A program made the translations under genes and the position numbers. The notes below the pieces were generated by a model. The model made no database searches, had not been told where the DNA came from, and saw only the letters and a program-made list of their open reading frames with translations. Positions 32,945-39,804 of a stretch of 39,804 bases of DNA are shown here, in pieces. How positions within the stretch are numbered: the first letter of the stretch is position 1; each line of letters begins with the position of its first letter. Source of the DNA: Octopus bimaculoides (taxonomy: Eukaryota); assembly GCF_001194135.2 (NCBI RefSeq), contig NC_068995.1:36947063-36986866 (forward strand). The letters run 5' to 3'.

Positions 32945-35089
32945 AGACAGGTACAGAGATATTAATACCGTCCTTCAATAGGGTCATAACTAACCTTGTC
33001 TCCCTCTACAATACTAAAACTAAATCACTTCACATTTCAGAGAAGTAATTATGTACCACACACATTTCTGTACAAGGTATTTAAACGTGTTATTTGCTTC
33101 TTTTCCTAGGTACATTGTTTCTCTGCCGAGCTTTCTGCTAGTCATAAGCCCTTTTATATTACTAGCTTCTTTCAGCGAACTTCTCTCAGAAACTTACTAC
33201 AATCGTCTTGTTTTCCTCAGGTCTGTGATATTTAGTTCTTTAAGCTATCTATCAATCAGCATATTTTGAATTTGTAGGCTCCTTCGTTTTCTTCTTTGTT
33301 GTCTCTTACGCTACAGCGGCCTCAAGCCTTGTTTGGCACAAAACCATATTAAAAGAAACATGGAAACACATGAAACACTCCAATTCACTAAAAATAACGC
33401 TATATCTTAATATCAAACAATCTGTTATGGCGACTTCACACAAATAACATTATCGAAAGTGCATCCTCTAAATACTAGGCTTCTTCTGAACTGACTTACT
33501 GGATTCCATCTCTACCAAAACTATCCCAACATCTCTGTCTCGCTTCTTATTATCCTTAAGGTATCTCGTCCCTTTATTCCGTACTGAAGCTTAATCGACC
33601 CTCAGCCAACGCTACAAAAGATACCGTGAAGTCTTTTCCTACCCACTTCCATTTTTGTTTCTTACAGACATTACTCAACAGTTGACTAAACCCAACATTA
33701 ATTCCTGCCTCTTTTTCTGGAGTGGTGACCACTGCAGCTTCCTTCTGACTAACAAGTGTGTGTGTGTGTGTGTATGCATATGTATATANNNNNNNNNNNN
33801 NNNNNNNNNNNNNNNNNNNNNNNNNNNNNNNNNNNNNNNNNNNNNNNNNNNNNNNNNNNNNNNNNNNNNNNNNNNNNNNNNNNNNNNNNNNNNNNNNNNN
33901 NATATATATATATATAGTTTACTTGATTTCGTTTCCTTTTTCTCGTTCCATTTTTTGCATCAATCTTCTTCACGTTTTTCACACATTTTTTTCTTGTTTT
34001 CTTACTGTCCAGTGTCCTTGCTTTTCAAATATACATAACGCATAAATAGAACCTGAAAGATTGCTTTTAAGATACATGGCGTATTTTATAAATATGCCTG
34101 TTCAAGTATCGTAAAAGTATGAAACTATTGGCAGTTCCTTCGGTTGTGTATTTAATTATATATATATATATATATATAAACGCCCCTCACATTCCATAGC
34201 ATAGCAGGGGTTCTCAGCGCCCGAGGGCGAAGGAATTTCGCGACTGTTTTCACTTGTGCCCCGAGAGAACGAAGGTGACAGCGCCTCTTGCAAGCTTGTA
34301 TCTCCTCGTAGCCTCTCGTAACCTTCCGTAGTTCCTCGTAGTCTGCAGTAGCTTAGACTCAACAGCGATTAACGTTAGATACTATTTTGGTCAGGGAAAA
34401 TGTGTTTATAGATTTAAATAAATTTGTGAGTAGGACAATGGTTTTGAAATTTAAGAAGAATTCGAAATTTATCATTGGGGTCTGGTGTAAAAGTTCTGTA
34501 AAGATCAACATGGTTAAGACATAAAATTGTAATATCGTGTTAGATAAACAATATTTATCTACCATGACATAGCAAACTTATTGTCAAAGACGCTCAAATG
34601 CTGACTATTCCACGTCTTTTCCAGATATTTCGTATCTTGTACTACATAATCTAATGTTTCACCATTTTTATTTAAGATAGTAGGGCCTACTTTGAGAGAA
34701 ATTTAGTTTCTATTTCGAGTAAGTCGAACGATCGCTTAAGAATCGCCATCGTTGTCTCGTTTTCATTCGTTTCTTTAGTCGCGTAAGATCATGTTGCAAG
34801 AATATGTAAGGGAGACAATCAATTTAATAGTTGTCTCCCTTGCACGTTCAACGCTATTTTGGCTTCATTTTTATAACTGTTTGCCACAATTTACAAAGTA
34901 AATCAATAATCTTCCAGATTATGAAACCACAATATCAAAAGTACCACCAGTATTATAAATACCACTAGGTATTTTTGTCTGATGTTCTAATGAGTTTTTC
35001 TGTCTTTTGATACCCCACAGCATATTCTAATTCTAATATATTGTCATCTTCTATATGAAAGTTTTCCTTATAAATAGATAAAACTTCAA

Positions 35090-35660
35090 TGCAATGTGGG
35101 AGTAGATATGTTGTTTAGAAAACACTTACGTTTCGATATAAGGGTGCTCTTTCAGGAGGCAGACGACAAGATAGTGGTCATAGCCATGAAGAGTTGCCTA
35201 GGTAGTGCTTTAAGACCTGTAGCCATTCATACTCTGACAGAAACAAGACAATTAGATTTCCCCAGATTGCTGAAGACCTTTTGGATATATCTCTCTCATT
35301 ACATCACCCAACATAGTGTCTCGAAACCTGTAGCAATTTATATTCTGACGAAGGAAAGACCTCCAATGTTTTTAGATACCCGAAGACCTTTCTACATATA
35401 TTTCTCACTCATTAATAGGGACTACAATGATATATTAAAAGCACGCCGGAATCGAGTGACACAATAATTTAGAAGAGTCACAAAAGTTTATCCAAATGTT
35501 ATCATTTGGAGTACCCGGACGTGCCAGTATAGACTTCAACAAATCGCTGGGTTCATTTACACTGTACATACATAAGACTTTTATTAGGACTGTGGATAAG
35601 GAAAAAACTATCGGACAGCTGGTTACTCAGACCGCAGGTTTTTTTACAAATACAGTCAGT
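35090..35660 (+). mobile_element. Decayed APE endonuclease region of an L1/Tx1-like LINE
   Basis: GVDMLFRKHLRFDIRVLFQEADDKIVV...RPVAIH...RDYNDILKARRNR resembles the GVAILF...D..GR..V...V.IYAP...GDFN.VL..xDR series. Confidence 0.5.
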
Positions 35661-36282
35661 CTAAATAAGGCAGGGACTTGGTGTGGTGTGGTGGCAGAAC
35701 CATTAGGCCATCGGAGAAAGAAATGCTTTGCAGTATTTCGGCTCTTTATGTACTAGGTTCAAAGACTGTCGAAGTCAATTATATCTTCATCTCTCCAGAG
35801 TCGAAGACAAATAAAGTACCATTCAAGTCCTGGAGTCTTTCCCCATATTGTTATCCTAGTACNNNNNNNNNNNNNNNNNNNNNNNNNNNNNNNNNNNNNN
35901 NNNNNNNNNNNNNNNNNNNNNNNNNNNNNNNNNNNNNNNNNNNNNNNNNNNNNNNNNNNNNNNNNNNNNNNNNNNNNNNNNNNNNNNNNNNNNNNNNNNN
36001 NNNNNNNNNNNNNNNNNNNNNNNNNNNNNNNNNNNNNNNNNNNNNNNNNNNNNNNNNNNNNNNNNNNNNNNNNNNNNNNNNNNNNNNNNNNNNNNNNNNN
36101 NNNNNNNNNNNNNNNNNNNNNNNNNNNNNNNNNNNNNNNNNNNNNNNNNNNNNNNNNNNNNNNNNNNNNNNNNNNNNNNNNNNNNNNNNNNNNNNNNNNN
36201 NNNNNNNNNNNNNNNNNNNNNNNNNNNNNNNNNNNNNNNNNNNNNNNNNNNNNNNNNNNNNNNNNNNNNNNNNNNNNNNNNN

Positions 36283-36321
<39 letters not shown>

Positions 36322-37148
36322 CACATAAATGCTAAAGATGATGGGAAAAATAATACTCGAATACCGAAGATAGAGTAAGATGTTCTTTATTAAAGCCGAA
36401 AATATCTTCACAAACTGTTATTTAGAGTTTCACGTTACCGTGTCCAGCATAGAAACAACGGTTATATGCATAATAATAAATCAAATAACCTATAATGATG
36501 TTAAAGTAAAAGAATCGAATGTAGCAAAAATATTGCCTCGAAAATATTCAAATATTTTCAATTTAAAGTTGATCGATTTAACACAAAAGTTTTCGGTAAG
36601 ATGAAAGCCAAGACTTAATACGTAAAATCTGTTGTAGTGTAAAAATTTCTAATGTGTTTACAGGTGGTAAATTACGCAGCGAAGTGATGGAAATTAGATT
36701 ACCCGAAAATGCATTTATCTAGGAAGCAAATATATGCCATAGAAATTCTTAGAAACAGAATTTCAATCGTTAAAAGTACCTGAGGGAATTCTAGCAAAAG
36801 AAACAAGAACAAATGCAGAAAATAAAGTCTTCAAGCTGAAAGAGGTAAAGACACACTTTGACGTTATACTACATGCAGTAGGAAAAAGTGAACGCTTGAA
36901 TGAATTCTGTAGAATATATATTCATGGTCACATAGTTAAGTATGTACGCTTGTCAACAAGTTGGAGCAACGTTTCAGTCAATAATGTAAATAAATAACGT
37001 TAACCATTTTGAAATTATCCAAGGAATTCTCAAGCACAATTGAAGTTTGTCTTTTACTTGTTTCAGTTATTAGATCGCGGCCATGCTGGGGCACCGCCTT
37101 GAAGAGTTTAGTCGAATAGTTCGACACTGGCACCTGTGTATTTATATA

Positions 37149-37426
37149 TATTGGGTCATCCCATAAATAATGCGTTTTTTTTAATACTTCTTTTATTTTT
37201 CAAAATTAAGATAAACAAAGTACTTTTTTAATCTAAAATATACTTTCCTTCATTTTCTACAATATTCTTCCATCTATCTGGTAGACTTGCAAGGCCTCTC
37301 TTTCAAAATTCACTCCTCCAGTACTATTCTGACTTCGTCCGCAGAATTCATATTTTTCCCGTCCAAATGATTTTGAAGACTGTGGAATAAATGATAATCA
37401 GATGGAGCAATGTCCGGCGAATATGA
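37149..37426 (-). mobile_element. Duplicate 3' end of the mariner element (probable haplotype overlap across a 25-N gap)
   Basis: Same sequence as 37456-37735 apart from two substitutions seen by eye. Confidence 0.8.
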
Positions 37427-37455
37427 NNNNNNNNNNNNNNNNNNNNNNNNNTATA

Positions 37456-38095
37456 TATTGGGTCATCCCATAAATAATGCGTTTTTTTTAATACTTCTTT
37501 TATTTTTCAAAATTAAGATAAACAAAGTACTTTTTTAATCTAAAATATACTTTCCTTCATTTTCTACAATATTCTTCCATCTATCTGGCAGACTTGCAAG
37601 GCCCCTCTTTCAAAATTCACTCCTCCAGTACTATTCTGACTTCGTCCGCAGAATTCATATTTTTCCCGTCCAAATGATTTTGAAGACTGTGGAATAAATG
37701 ATAATCAGATGGAGCAATGTCCGGCGAATATGATGGGCGAGGCATCGTTTCCCATTCAAACTGCTCCAGCCTTTGGAATGTCATCCTCACTGTATGTGGC
37801 CGAACATTATCCTGATAGAAGAACACCTTTCGTCATCAAACCAAAGATGGTCGTTTTTCTTCTAGCGCTGACTTGAGTCGCTCAAGTTGCTTGCAGCAGA
37901 TCGTTGTTATCATTTGGTTTGGGCTTAAAAGTCCAAAGTAGACTAAACCTTTCATATCCCACCAAACATGTAACAACACCTTACGTGAGTGAAGACCTTC
38001 TTTAGCCTTGCGTGCCAGTGTTTCTCCTTCCCCTCCTCTTGTCTTCGGCGATTGACATTTTTATAGAGAACCCTTTTCTCGTCACCAGTGCTTTT
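37456..38095 (-). mobile_element. 5'-truncated mariner (DD34D) transposon remnant
   Basis: TGDEKRVLY...; FFYQDNVRPH...RPSYSPDIAPSDYHLFHSLQNHL; TIR TATTGGGTCATCCCATAAATAATGCG. Confidence 0.88.
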
Positions 38096-38199
38096 TTAGC
38101 GTGCGGTCTACCGCAGTATCCTGTCTACGCTGTGAAATTAGTTTTAGCGTGTGACCTACCTTTTCTTATCCTCTGAACCTAAGTTAATTTCAACCATTC

Positions 38200-38975
38200 C
38201 AATGCTGTGAAAGGATTTCTATAGACGTATAATTTTTACAGAGGAAACAGCAGACCCTTGTCATCGATTGTGGTAGCGTCATGCAAGACAAACGAAAACC
38301 TAACAGAAGTGAAGGATACCGGCCTATATTTCGCTGTCCTCGAAAAGGGTGCCAAACTTCGCGTTCTATTCGGGAAGGTAACGGTTTTTTTTTCATTATA
38401 CGGACATCAACAAGTTGCACTGCAATTTGAGTTTGTGCGAGATTTTAGAGCTGGTGTTCTTTTTCGTAATGGAGATACCCATGAATAAAGCACAGTACGG
38501 TAAATGACTGGTATAATATGTGCAGAGAGGTGTGTGGAACCATCGTTTCTAATTGTCAAGGGGAGTAAGATGGTTGGAACAAGCAACAACTCCATTGAAA
38601 TTGAGGAGGCAAGATTTGCTGGTCGACGGAAATACAATCGTGGGTGACTGCTAAATAGCGACAATGCTTCTCTTGCTCAAGAAAATTACGTAGATGTACA
38701 AAATAACAGGAACCATGGACGTAGAATTGATGGGCTTTGAGTCTTTGGTCTGAAACAAAGCTCTGACTGTTGATACTTCTATGTACAACAGCGTGACAGA
38801 AACACTCTATTACCAATCATTGAGCGGGAATGTGAAAAAGATTCAGTAATTCACTCTGATGAATGGCCTGCATATTCTAATCTAAATGCCATGGGTTATC
38901 GTCATTTTACAGTGAATCATCAAGAACATTATGTGGATCCAGTGACAGGAGCACATACTTAGGCTACTGGAATTT
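38200..38975 (+). mobile_element. Decayed Merlin (IS1016/IS1595-like) transposase
   Basis: DCGSVM...FRCPRKGCQTSRSIREGNGFF; IEIEEARFAGRRKYNRG; RDRNTLLPIIERECEKDSVIHSDEWPAYSNLNAMGYRHFTVNHQEHYVDPVTGAHT; several stops and frameshifts. Confidence 0.85.
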
Positions 38976-39546
38976 AGCATTGCAATAACCTTTGGTCAGA
39001 CTGCTTGCCTGTTTGTACCTGATTGCGATACATTCCAAGAAATCAACGTTTAGCATTAAAACAAGTATATTCCTTGCAAAATTATGAAATAAAAAAGAGG
39101 AAAAAAAAACGGGGGTGAGATTTGACTGCGCTATACAAACAGTGGAAGCAGACTTATAAGTGAGCGACATTTAAATATCTCATTAAAGCAAATGAGTTTA
39201 ATACTAGAGAGAACATGAAGCCAGCAGTTTTATAGTTATAAATTCAAATATTTTGGTATCTTAAATCATTGATCATCGATAACAACAAAAATAGCAACAA
39301 CGACAACAACAAAAAATAGTTTAGCATTAACAGCAAACACAACAACGAAAGCAACAAAACATGAACAGAGCAGTATCTGTAGTACCAAAAATTGATTGCG
39401 ACCGTAATTATTGGTTATAAAATGGTAATAATGGAGGTAATGATACTAACATGTACTATTATTAGCAGATTTGAGAGCAAGTTAAGATTTCTATTGGTAG
39501 GGTAGTTATGCATGTGTGTGAGTGCTTGTGAATATGTTAGTTTACG

Positions 39547-39584
<38 letters not shown>

Positions 39585-39804
39585 ATCATGGACGGACGGT
39601 AGACACATCGGCTCCCATGTAAGTTGCATTTTTCACCTCTTAAAAGACCTATTTTGTTTTAAAATTTTGTATAAGTTGTGTATAACACAAAATACTTCGT
39701 GAACATATATTTTTCAAATCGGAAATAGCTCTATTTAGAGCCTTATTTCCAAAAATTCAAACATATCTTCCTCGTTCCTAGCCATATTCTTTAAAACGAA
39801 TATG

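Noticed and set aside
34205-34360. CAGGGGTTCTCA (hAT/Charlie-like end) with 10-bp subterminal repeats
   Set aside because: Only one end found; no matching TIR or 8-bp duplication.
34808-34841. 11-bp stem hairpin aagggagacaa/ttgtctccctt
   Set aside because: Not a terminator in a eukaryote, and no CTRR end follows to support a Helitron 3' terminus.
7578-36411. Long ORFs containing runs of X (7578-8185, 17086-17896, 21019-21690, 33655-34045, 35678-36411)
   Set aside because: They are open only because N gaps contain no stop codons; only the cadherin exon part of 17108-17896 is real.

Overview
Eukaryotic, AT-rich, microsatellite- and SINE-laden draft-assembly DNA with eight N gaps. The repeat families look like those of an octopus (coleoid cephalopod); this is inferred from the repeat landscape, not proven. 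The window holds nine internal exons of one long cadherin gene on the minus strand (22567 to 3681). Spliced by hand they give an uninterrupted 2181-nt / 727-codon frame; two exons (5445-5618, 14818-15061) have no corresponding ORF in the supplied track. The exons fall into a repeating 4-exon cassette, A(282 nt)-B(242/248)-C(174)-D(244/253), in the order A-B-C-D-A-B-C-D-A. Each cassette encodes about 316 aa, or three cadherin (EC) domains. In each triplet two linkers keep the DxNDN calcium motif and the third has lost it. The only two cysteines sit on opposite sides of one linker. Neither gene end is in the window. The introns and the 17 kb upstream of the first exon are filled with tRNA-derived SINEs, MITEs and decayed transposons: R4/Dong-type RLE LINE 3' ends, a Chapaev3-like transposase, mariner, Merlin, Penelope-like and Tx1-like remnants. 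There are no prokaryotic features, no CRISPR array and no real tRNA/rRNA genes.
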